DNA of 64,000 nucleotides from Seonamhaeicola sp. MEBiC01930. Lineage in GTDB: Bacteria; Bacteroidota; Bacteroidia; Flavobacteriales; Flavobacteriaceae. The stretch covers positions 1,524,631 to 1,588,630 of the forward strand of contig NZ_CP104270.1 of the NCBI RefSeq assembly GCF_045277075.1. The letters are read 5' to 3'. Below the pieces are notes generated by a model. The model saw nothing but the letters and a program-made list of their open reading frames with translations. It was not told the origin of the DNA and did not search any database. The position numbers were made by a program, and so were the translations under genes. Of the stretch, positions 31,451 through 37,896 are shown in pieces (positions within the stretch are counted from its first letter, which is position 1; every line of letters starts with the position of its first letter).

Positions 31451-32551
31451 CTATTTACTCACAGAGAAAATATCTTTTAATTGTGTTACAATACCACCAT
31501 TACCAGAAACGGTAATCTCACCAATTTTGTCGGCAATTTTTTCAACATATTCCATCTCTTTTAGTTTGTACAGCATGTCATTCTCTTCCATCAACTTTGC
31601 CGTATTTAACAAACTACGGGTAGAAGCTGTTTCTTCACGTCTTGTAATAATGTTGGCTTGTGCACGTTTTTGAGCTACTAATACTTGGTTCATAATCTCT
31701 TTCATGTCTCCAGTTAAGATGACGTCTCTAATACCGCAGTTCAATACGCTTACACCTAATTTTTCTGCAGCTGTTTTAACATTTTCAAACACCGCTTCTG
31801 CAATGTTGTCTTTACGTTCTAACAACTCATCTAAAGTGTAAGCGCCAACGTAGGCACGTAACACCAATTGCATTGCAATGTATAATTGCTTTTCGTAGTC
31901 TTTGTTTTCTAATAAAGCTTTTTCAATATCGGTAACTTTGTACTGAGTGTAAAAGTTGATACGGATAGCCGCTTTATCTTTAGTTAACAATTCCTGACCC
32001 GCAATTTCTAATTGTAACTGACGCAAATCAGCCTTTGCAATTTTAATTGAGGTGTCGTTTCGCCAGAATCTGTAAATACCACCCGTTAAGGTTTTAGCAT
32101 AAACATCATCTACTAAAAGCACCGCTTTTTCGTAAGCAGCAACCTCAAAGGTTCTAATATACTTGCTTAATTCATAGTTGCTGAACAAAGCCTTGTCTAG
32201 CTTTTCAGTAATATAAATTTTGCTTAAGTCTAATCGTGTAAATTCACGCTCAATTAAGCCCTTCCAGTACACGTAACGTCCGGCAGTTAAAATGGTTTTA
32301 AAGTTTCCTTTTTCGTAAACTAAAACCAATTCGCTGTCCTTTACTTCAATTACGTCTAACATTGCCGCAAGCGTTTCGTCTTTTAGTAAGATTTCTAACG
32401 CTATAGGGGCTGTAAAGGCATTCTCTAAGCTATAAATAAGCGCACGTTGCTTAAAACCTAACCAATGTTTTCCTTCTGTAATTACTTTTAGGTAATCACC
32501 TTTTTTGAAAACTAAACCTACTTTTCCTGCATTAATTCTTACTCGTTTCAT
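31451..32551 (-). CDS. SPFH/band-7 (stomatin/flotillin-like) family protein
   Basis: PHB-domain similarity; coiled-coil C-terminus. Confidence 0.7.
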   Translation of the reverse strand: MKRVRINAGKVGLVFKKGDYLKVITEGKHWLGFKQRALIYSLENAFTAPIALEILLKDETLAAMLDVIEVKDSELVLVYEKGNFKTILTAGRYVYWKGLIEREFTRLDLSKIYITEKLDKALFSNYELSKYIRTFEVAAYEKAVLLVDDVYAKTLTGGIYRFWRNDTSIKIAKADLRQLQLEIAGQELLTKDKAAIRINFYTQYKVTDIEKALLENKDYEKQLYIAMQLVLRAYVGAYTLDELLERKDNIAEAVFENVKTAAEKLGVSVLNCGIRDVILTGDMKEIMNQVLVAQKRAQANIITRREETASTRSLLNTAKLMEENDMLYKLKEMEYVEKIADKIGEITVSGNGGIVTQLKDIFSVSK

Positions 32552-32671
32552 TTTTACATTTTTTAAAATTAAACATTCGCTTTTGCCCTTTTAAAGGCGG
32601 TGGCAATTCCTGTAACGGAGGGTTTACCAACTTCAATTCTCAATACGAGTACACTGAGTTTTAAAGTATAT

Positions 32672-32770
32672 TTTTGGGCGTTACCCACAAGGGGTCGGGC
32701 TTTCCGTACATAGTTTTGGTTCGATGCACGCCTCACCAAAAGCTAACCACTTCAATCCCTAACGCGATAA
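32672..32770 (-). repeat. conserved non-coding element copy A in the 5' leader of the SPFH gene; second copy at 36422-36576
   Basis: shared blocks GGGCGTTACC(C)ACAAGGG(G)TCGGGCTTTCC and CTAACCAYTTCAATMCCTAACGC in both copies. Confidence 0.55.
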
Positions 32771-33080
32771 TTCGTCTTAAAAACAGCAGATTAAAAATCA
32801 TCTGTCCAGTACGGAGATACTCATATTAATAACCATTAATAAATAGTGTTATGTGTTGGGTCATAAAAAGGACGTATCAAATCAATTAATACTTGGTTTC
32901 TAATTCTGAACACAAAACAGTAGTTATAGCTAACTATTAAAAATCAGTATGTCTAAGTACTTTCAAGATTGCTTTGGCTTTGGGAGCACCAATGCTGATT
33001 CATAATCTCACTGTTTTTGCCATTTTTATTAAGTAGTGTGACAGACTACTGTTATCAGTTTTACAAGATGATAAGCTTCA

Positions 33081-33125
33081 ACCTACATTATGAGTGTAGT
33101 GCTCTACCCACTGAGCTACGAGGCC
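33081..33125 (-). pseudogene. 5' half (positions 1-44) of a tRNA-Met(CAT) gene, lying immediately 3' of its own 3' fragment (circularly permuted order)
   Basis: minus-strand sequence GGCCTCGTAGCTCAGTGGGTAGAGCACTACACTCATAATGTAGG: acceptor, D arm and anticodon arm are perfect, then the sequence diverges. Confidence 0.55.
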
Positions 33126-33130
33126 TAAAA

Positions 33131-33163
33131 TGGTGGCCTCGACAGGATTCGAACCTGTGACCT
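33131..33163 (-). pseudogene. 3' fragment of a tRNA (variable loop, T arm, acceptor 3' strand, encoded CCA) whose acceptor strand exactly complements the tRNA-Met 5' half 5 nt downstream
   Basis: minus-strand sequence AGGTCACAGGTTCGAATCCTGTCGAGGCCACCA; no matching 5' half lies upstream. Confidence 0.55.
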
Positions 33164-33330
33164 AAATGAGACATTTTTACAGAATGTCAACTGTTCGCTA
33201 GAACCCTAATCTAGTGCGTCTGCCATTTCCGCCATATCCCCCGTTTGGGAAATAGTGGGACTCGAACCCACACGAATTGGTGGATTTTTTTGGATGAAAT
33301 CCTAACCTTCAAGTCTAGTTGAATATAAAA
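33164..33330 (-). other. tRNA-like fragments. A Leu-like 5' part (GGGGATATGGCGGAAATGGCAGACGC plus anticodon-like hairpin CTAGA-TTAGGGT-TCTAG) lies downstream of a T-arm/acceptor fragment (GTGGGTTCGAGTCCCACTATTTCC) whose acceptor strand pairs with it. This is a second permuted arrangement
   Basis: D-arm similarity to type-II tRNA-Leu; acceptor GGGGATA pairs with TATTTCC through two G-U wobbles. Confidence 0.35.
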
Positions 33331-33450
33331 CCGCAATACTTTCATGCAACGATTTATACAATAGTGCTATACCGAAACACTCAACAAGACCAGCTTGATG
33401 CTGTTTCCTGCGTAAGCAGGAATATCATTCATTCAATGAACTTAATATTG

Positions 33451-33523
33451 CGGAACAGACAGGAATCGAACCTATATCTATGCATTTTCAGTGCAGCGCA
33501 TTGACCAACTTTGCTACTGTTCC
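33451..33523 (-). tRNA. tRNA-Phe (GAA); D stem is weak
   Basis: acceptor GGAACAG/CTGTTCC; anticodon loop CTGAAAA; T arm GGTTCGATTCC. Confidence 0.6.
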
Positions 33524-33529
33524 TTTTTG

Positions 33530-33599
33530 AGCATCCATCAAGATTCGAACTTGATCTTAGAGGATATACCTCTTGTGCGAGCCATTACACTATAGATGC
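33530..33599 (-). tRNA. tRNA-like gene with an aberrant anticodon arm (5-bp stem AGAGG/CCTCT with a 5-nt loop TATAT); possible pseudogene
   Basis: good acceptor GCATCTA/TGGATGC, D arm and T arm (TCAAGTTCGAATCTTGA); no 7-nt anticodon loop. Confidence 0.35.
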
Positions 33600-33633
33600 T
33601 CCATACCAATTATCAACCATTAATTGGTGTTTT

Positions 33634-33706
33634 GGGTGACTTCGGGATTCGAACCATGTTCTTCTCATCCACAATGAGACGTTTTACCAATTAAACTAAA
33701 GACACC
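33634..33706 (-). tRNA. tRNA-His (GTG)-like with G-1; T stem and acceptor each carry mismatches, so possibly a pseudogene
   Basis: anticodon arm TCTCA-TTGTGGA-TGAGA; D arm with U8, A14, G18, G19; T stem CATGG/CCCGA does not pair. Confidence 0.4.
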
Positions 33707-33710
33707 ATTT

Positions 33711-33783
33711 TGGATAACCTGAAAGGATTTGAACCTTTACCTCAAGAGTCAAATTCTTGAATGCTGCCATTACACCACAGGTT
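33711..33783 (-). tRNA. tRNA-Gln (TTG), CCA encoded
   Basis: acceptor TAACCTG/CAGGTTA; anticodon loop ATTTGAC; T arm AAAGGTTCAAATCCTTT. Confidence 0.8.
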
Positions 33784-33790
33784 ATTTTTG

Positions 33791-33863
33791 TAAGCTTAAT
33801 AGGATTCGAACCCATACTTCAAGGTTCGTAGCCTTGAGTGCTATCCAATTACACCATAAGCTT
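33791..33863 (-). tRNA. tRNA-Arg (ACG)
   Basis: acceptor AAGCTTA/TAAGCTT; anticodon loop CTACGAA; canonical D and T arms. Confidence 0.8.
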
Positions 33864-33868
33864 ATTTG

Positions 33869-33942
33869 TACTCTACCCAAGATTCGAACTTGGACTGAAC
33901 GGAGTTTAAGACCGATGCCTCTTCCAGTTGGGCTAGTAGAGC
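33869..33942 (-). tRNA. degenerate tRNA-like gene with good acceptor and T arm but disrupted D and anticodon stems; likely a pseudogene
   Basis: T arm CCAAGTTCGAATCTTGG; acceptor GCTCTAC/GTAGAGT; anticodon region TCGGTCTTAAACTCCGT forms only 3 bp. Confidence 0.3.
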
Positions 33943-33947
33943 TTAAG

Positions 33948-34021
33948 TACAGGAAGAGAGATTCGAACTCCCAGTTTCTCGAGTCTAAGTCGAGCGCGTT
34001 TTCCCATTTCGCCATTCCTGC
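33948..34021 (-). tRNA. tRNA-Leu(TAG)-like: Leu-type D arm and TAG anticodon, discriminator A73, but the long variable arm is missing, giving a 74-nt type-I architecture
   Basis: D arm TGGCGAAATGGGAAAACGCG resembles tRNA-Leu; anticodon arm CTCGA-CTTAGAC-TCGAG; variable region only AAACT. Confidence 0.4.
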
Positions 34022-34026
34022 GTTTG

Positions 34027-34099
34027 TTGAGGTATTAGGAGTTGAACCCAAATCACCCGAGTTAAAAGCTCGGTGCTTTAACAATTAAGCTATACCTCA
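34027..34099 (-). tRNA. tRNA-Lys (TTT)
   Basis: anticodon arm CCGAG-CTTTTAA-CTCGG; T arm TTGGGTTCAACTCCTAA. Confidence 0.8.
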
Positions 34100-34105
34100 A
34101 TTTTG

Positions 34106-34177
34106 TACTCCGTAGGGGAATTGAACCCCTAATTCCACATAGAAAGTGTGGCGTCTTAACCATTTGACCAACGGAGC
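34106..34177 (-). tRNA. tRNA-Glu (TTC)
   Basis: anticodon arm CCACA-CTTTCTA-TGTGG; T arm AGGGGTTCAATTCCCCT. Confidence 0.8.
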
Positions 34178-34183
34178 AAATAT

Positions 34184-34200
34184 TTCGTCTGAGAAGTAGG
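34184..34200 (-). repeat. 17-nt direct repeat of the tRNA-Pro 3' end (TTCGTCTGAGAAGTAGG versus ...GCAGG), about 70 nt downstream of tRNA-Pro
   Basis: 16 of 17 nt identical to 34266-34282. Confidence 0.5.
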
Positions 34201-34269
34201 AATAACTTCGTTTTTCCTGCAATGTCTCAACTCGAACCAAATTCAAGTAAACTTGATTTGATTACTTCG

Positions 34270-34341
34270 TCTGAGAAGCAGGATTCGAACCTGCGACCTC
34301 CCGTGCCCAAGACGGGTAAACAACCACCGTTATCTTCCCAG
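34270..34341 (-). tRNA. tRNA-Pro (TGG)
   Basis: anticodon arm CCCGT-CTTGGGC-ACGGG; T arm GCAGGTTCGAATCCTGC. Confidence 0.75.
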
Positions 34342-34347
34342 ATTTTG

Positions 34348-34435
34348 CGGAGAGCAAAGGAATTGAACCTTCATTACCAAAACGGTAAACTCACTTAGCA
34401 GGTGAGCGCAACAAACCAATATTTGCCTACTCTCC
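34348..34435 (-). tRNA. tRNA-Ser (GCT), type II with long variable arm
   Basis: anticodon arm CTCAC-CTGCTAA-GTGAG; variable hairpin TACC-GTTTT-GGTA; T arm AAGGTTCAATTCCTT. Confidence 0.8.
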
Positions 34436-34441
34436 GGTTTG

Positions 34442-34513
34442 CGGTTCATACGAGAATCGAACTCGTTTCTCCCGAGAGACAATCGGGAAGGATAGCCATT
34501 ACCCCAATGAACC
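34442..34513 (-). tRNA. tRNA-Asp (GTC)
   Basis: anticodon arm CCCGA-TTGTCTC-TCGGG; acceptor GGTTCAT/ATGAACC. Confidence 0.8.
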
Positions 34514-34519
34514 AATTTG

Positions 34520-34591
34520 TATATCTACTAAGATTTGAACTTAGACTTAGAGTTTAGAAGACTCTCGTGCTATCCATTACACCATAGATAT
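34520..34591 (-). tRNA. tRNA-Arg (TCT)
   Basis: perfect cloverleaf; anticodon arm AGAGT-CTTCTAA-ACTCT. Confidence 0.85.
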
Positions 34592-34597
34592 GTGATG

Positions 34598-34680
34598 TGG
34601 GAATTGAAGGATTCGAACCTCCTAAGTTTAAAACAACTGTTTTACAGACAGTCCCAGCTCTCCAACGCTGACGAATTCCC
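34598..34680 (-). tRNA. tRNA-Tyr (GTA), type II
   Basis: anticodon arm ACTGT-CTGTAAA-ACAGT; 13-nt variable arm; acceptor GGGAATT/AATTCCC. Confidence 0.8.
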
Positions 34681-34697
34681 TTGAAAATCGGCAAAGG

Positions 34698-35231
34698 CTA
34701 CTTCGCCGATTTTTTAGCTTTCTTGCTTTTCTTTTTCTTCTTCTTTTTAGGTTTTATTTTTTTCTTAACACGGCTCAATTCGTTTTCTACATAGTTAATG
34801 ATGCAGTTATCAGTTGCTAGCTTAATTGATGTTTTGTAAACTTTTACAGCTGCTTTAAATTGACCTTGCTCTTCTAATAAAACCGCTTTGTAATAGTGTA
34901 AAATAGATTTGTTTACACCTTTTATAGTCAAAGCAAATGTTATCAGCTTTTCGGCTTCATCATAGTCTTCATTCCATAGTAATGTTTGAATGTAGAATGG
35001 ATAAGTTTTTGGCATTTCCATCTCATGAGCCACCGCTTCTGCATAATATTGTTTAGCTGTTTCGTAATCTTTTAATTGTTCAGCATAAACACGTCCCATT
35101 AAGCATAAGGCTTGAGCATCTTTACTGTTATATGATAAAGCGTAGTTCAATGCTTCCAAGGTTTCTTCTAACTCATATGGATAAGCATCTAAAGCTTTAA
35201 ACAAATAGTTGTTATGTAAATTATTTTCCAT
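34698..35231 (-). CDS. TPR-repeat protein with a poly-lysine C-terminal tail (KKKIKPKKKKKKKSKKAKKSAK)
   Basis: TPR-like repeats YAEQLKDYETAKQYYAEA...; tail encoded by an A/T homopolymer-rich tract. Confidence 0.65.
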   Translation of the reverse strand: MENNLHNNYLFKALDAYPYELEETLEALNYALSYNSKDAQALCLMGRVYAEQLKDYETAKQYYAEAVAHEMEMPKTYPFYIQTLLWNEDYDEAEKLITFALTIKGVNKSILHYYKAVLLEEQGQFKAAVKVYKTSIKLATDNCIINYVENELSRVKKKIKPKKKKKKKSKKAKKSAK

Positions 35232-35384
35232 TGTTTTAAATTTTAAGGCATTAGTTTTTAACCCATGTTAGGGTTAACATGCCTTGTTTTTTAAATAGTC
35301 TATAGAGACCTGTTTTAAATGCACACTAAAAAGTGGCTATTAAAACCGATTCAGACCGGTATTCTTAAATTTTAGGAATAAAAA

Positions 35385-35413
35385 AATCCGAAACAGTTTA
35401 CTTGCTTCGGATT
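35385..35413 (-). terminator. orphan rho-independent terminator (stem AATCCGAA, loop, stem TTCGGATT, then T-run on minus) inside a 690-bp gene-free region
   Basis: 8-bp stem followed by T7 on the minus strand; no annotated gene upstream within 400 bp. Confidence 0.45.
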
Positions 35414-35553
35414 CTTTTCTGGAAAATATACCTACTTAAAGCAGATGCGCAGAAAATACCGAAGCCTTGTGAGTGATTCAAAATCACTATACCTATTCCA
35501 AAAGGGTATACTATGTTGTAACATGACTTCTTTTTTTTATTAATATTTGTTTG

Positions 35554-35579
35554 TCAAACTGAGCGCAGTCGAAGTGTTC
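35554..35579 (+). repeat. short dispersed repeat GTCAAACTGAGCGCAGTCGAAGTGTT; related inverted copy inside the 42608-42687 element
   Basis: 26 of 28 nt identical to the reverse complement of 42660-42687. Confidence 0.5.
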
Positions 35580-35861
35580 TCCAAAATGCATATCAGAATA
35601 ACTATTATTTTTTTGTTGCAGTAGTTTGTTTAAAACTGCGATGCAAAGATTAGAACTATTTTTTAAATAACAAAACTTTTTTAAATATAATTACTTGATA
35701 ATCAAATAGTTAAATTGAAATTTAGATAATAGAATTCCTGTCCGCTTTTTAGCAGATACTTGAGGTTTTTGGCAAAAGTTTGTCTCCCAGTTGCTTATAC
35801 TTCAAAGGCCTATATTTTAGTTTTTAAAATCTTTATTCAATTAATTCTAAATTTTTTTCAA

Positions 35862-35895
35862 AAAAAAACGTCCAACACAAGTTGGACGTTTTAAA
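35862..35895 (-). terminator. rho-independent terminator for the TerB gene (stem ACGTCCAAC, loop ACAA, stem GTTGGACGT, then T9 on minus)
   Basis: 9-bp stem plus T-run. Confidence 0.65.
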
Positions 35896-35917
35896 TATGA
35901 TAGTTTTAAACTATTTC

Positions 35918-36349
35918 TTATCTATTCATATTCTTTATTTGGTCCACAAAATGATCTAAATCTGCTCCTTGACTAACTAAAGTAGTAGCTTTATCAATTA
36001 TGTATTTCACGTTTACTGCGTGAAAACCAAGTCCAACTGCAATTTTCTTCAACAATAACATTTCAGGTTCACCTTCAATATTATCAACATACACCATTCT
36101 TATTAAATCAAATAAACGCTCTAAACGTCTATCATAAGACACTGGCGGATTTATAGGGTGCGAATTATAATCTTTTAAAATAGCTTTATAATCTGCTTCA
36201 TTAATAGACAAATTATTTGCTAACCTATCTAAAAACGCTTTTTCTTCATCAGTAATTATGCCATCTGCCATAGCAACTCTAACTATTGACGCAAAATGAC
36301 TTTCATTACGTTTTTTAAATCCACTATCAAATAAATCTGAAATCGACAT
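35918..36349 (-). CDS. TerB-like (tellurite-resistance TerB fold) domain protein
   Basis: TerB-like helical repeats; acidic loop. Confidence 0.6.
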   Translation of the reverse strand: MSISDLFDSGFKKRNESHFASIVRVAMADGIITDEEKAFLDRLANNLSINEADYKAILKDYNSHPINPPVSYDRRLERLFDLIRMVYVDNIEGEPEMLLLKKIAVGLGFHAVNVKYIIDKATTLVSQGADLDHFVDQIKNMNR

Positions 36350-36421
36350 ATATTATTGTTTTTATCGTGCTGCAAACGTACATATTATTTTTAAGATTTT
36401 AAACCCAAATTTCAATTTTTT

Positions 36422-36576
36422 GGGCGTTACCACAAGGGTCGGGCTTTCCTCATTTTTTTTTATTTTATAAGTATTTGTGAATATGAAAATATTTCACTAC
36501 TCAATCCCTCATTCGTTGGGGATTTGAAACATGAAACCTGTGGTGAGCGCTGTCTAACCATTCAATACCTAACGCA
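36422..36576 (-). repeat. conserved non-coding element copy B in the 5' leader of the TerB gene; carries an AT-rich insertion relative to copy A
   Basis: see the 32672-32770 entry; compensatory C/G insertion in hairpin ACC(C)-ACAA-GGG(G)T. Confidence 0.55.
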
Positions 36577-36839
36577 GGGAATATTTGTTGTTTGTTTTTT
36601 TTAATTTAAGATTGTTCCGGTCTTTGGAGAAGTTCGTTTAACGGACTTGTGTATGAAACGTAGCGTGTAAAAAGACACTAACTTTTCGGGTTAACACAGA
36701 GCCGAATTTTTATATTTTGTTTTTAATTTTTCTCTTTTTAAAAGCCAAATTAAAAATTTGGCGGACTTTCTAAATATACACAAACCTTTCGGTGAAGCAC
36801 TTATTAGCTATGTTTTATACACCGTGTTGTAAAACGTTT

Positions 36840-37313
36840 TTATTCCGTTGTTATATTCACTTTTGTTCCGTCAGGTAAATCTTTAATCTGTTTTTGAATT
36901 TGACCACTTAATTCAAAATGAACTTCTATGTCAGTTAATTCAAAATTTTCAGGCTCATATTCTCCTCCTAAAACTGGCAATTTTTTATATCCATAAAGAT
37001 GTTTGTCAGTTAGCTCAAGTCCACTTTCTTTTAATTTTTTTATTAATCCAATCAAAAACCATTCATCGACTTGTTCATTATCGTTTAATTTAGTTTTAAA
37101 TTCATCAATACTATTAGCGACTATTTCAAGGATTCCTTCTCCAACATTTAGCCAATAACAAACTCCATTATTATCTACAAGAAATAAATCACCAATACTC
37201 GACATTAAAATCGGTTTTTTATCAGTTCCAATTAACCAATTCCAACTTTCAGTCAGTCGGCTTTGGTCGATATGATTAAAATCTACTTTTAAATCGTCCC
37301 AAGTAATTTTCAT
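36840..37313 (-). CDS. hypothetical cytoplasmic protein (157 aa), possibly an immunity-protein-like fold
   Basis: ORF; start overlaps the upstream gene stop by 1 nt. Confidence 0.45.
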   Translation of the reverse strand: MKITWDDLKVDFNHIDQSRLTESWNWLIGTDKKPILMSSIGDLFLVDNNGVCYWLNVGEGILEIVANSIDEFKTKLNDNEQVDEWFLIGLIKKLKESGLELTDKHLYGYKKLPVLGGEYEPENFELTDIEVHFELSGQIQKQIKDLPDGTKVNITTE

Positions 37314-37693
37314 TATTCGTATTGATTTAGTTCATATAATATATGATTTTTCATATCCACAGCAGAAACGTGAATAGTATTAAAATCTGAATTCGGAAAT
37401 CCAGCTAATTCTATGTTTTCCTTCTCCAAATCAGTTAACCAGTCCATAAATTCGTGAATGTCATATTCAACAATTTTATAGTTTTTCCAATCGTCAATTA
37501 GGAATAATTCTGCAAATTCTTTTTCAGGCCAAACAGGAATAACACTTAAATCATTTGAACCTATCATAACATATTTGTCTTCGTTATCTGCAATCAGATA
37601 AATTGTTTCAAAATCGGCTACTTTTCTCAGGAGGTAACCATACCTTTCTTTTGAGTTAAGAGCAAAAATGTTATTTATTTTCTGGTGGTTCAT
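37313..37693 (-). CDS. hypothetical protein (126 aa), DUF2750-like
   Basis: motif ERYGYLLRKVADFETIYLI...IPVWP, recalled from memory as DUF2750-like. Confidence 0.45.
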   Translation of the reverse strand: MNHQKINNIFALNSKERYGYLLRKVADFETIYLIADNEDKYVMIGSNDLSVIPVWPEKEFAELFLIDDWKNYKIVEYDIHEFMDWLTDLEKENIELAGFPNSDFNTIHVSAVDMKNHILYELNQYE

Positions 37694-37896
37694 TTAAATG
37701 TTTTACAACGTGGAGATAGACTTCCGTTTTAATGAAGTTTATCGATTGTTAAACGAAGTTCGGTAATTTTTCTGACAAAGTCAAGCTTAGTAAAGCATTG
37801 TATGAAACAAATTTTTTTTTATGAAGCGTAGAATTAATCATTCTCAAAAATAAATTTAACCCCTATATTTGCATTCGTTAAAACGACTTTCATTAA

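Noticed and set aside
32672-32770. Reading of the duplicated conserved element as a fragment of RNase P RNA, suggested by GGAAAGCCCGACCC resembling the P4 motif GGAAAGUCCGGGCUCC
   Set aside because: It is only about 100 nt, it occurs twice, and the other RNase P conserved regions (CR-IV/V, AGGGUGAAA, ACAGAACCCGGCUUA) are absent.
33131-33400. tmRNA (ssrA), possibly two-piece or permuted, suggested by a tRNA-like 3' end with CCA followed by a 5' acceptor strand
   Set aside because: The acceptor stem lacks the alanine identity pair G3-U70. The 5' part carries a complete D arm and CAT anticodon arm, meaning it is a true tRNA-Met. No tag-peptide reading frame ending in ALAA-stop is present.
33319-34515. 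Six-frame ORFs 33319-33504, 33729-34088, 33782-34084 and 34330-34515
   Set aside because: They lie entirely over the tRNA gene array and were called only because tRNA sequences lack stop codons by chance.
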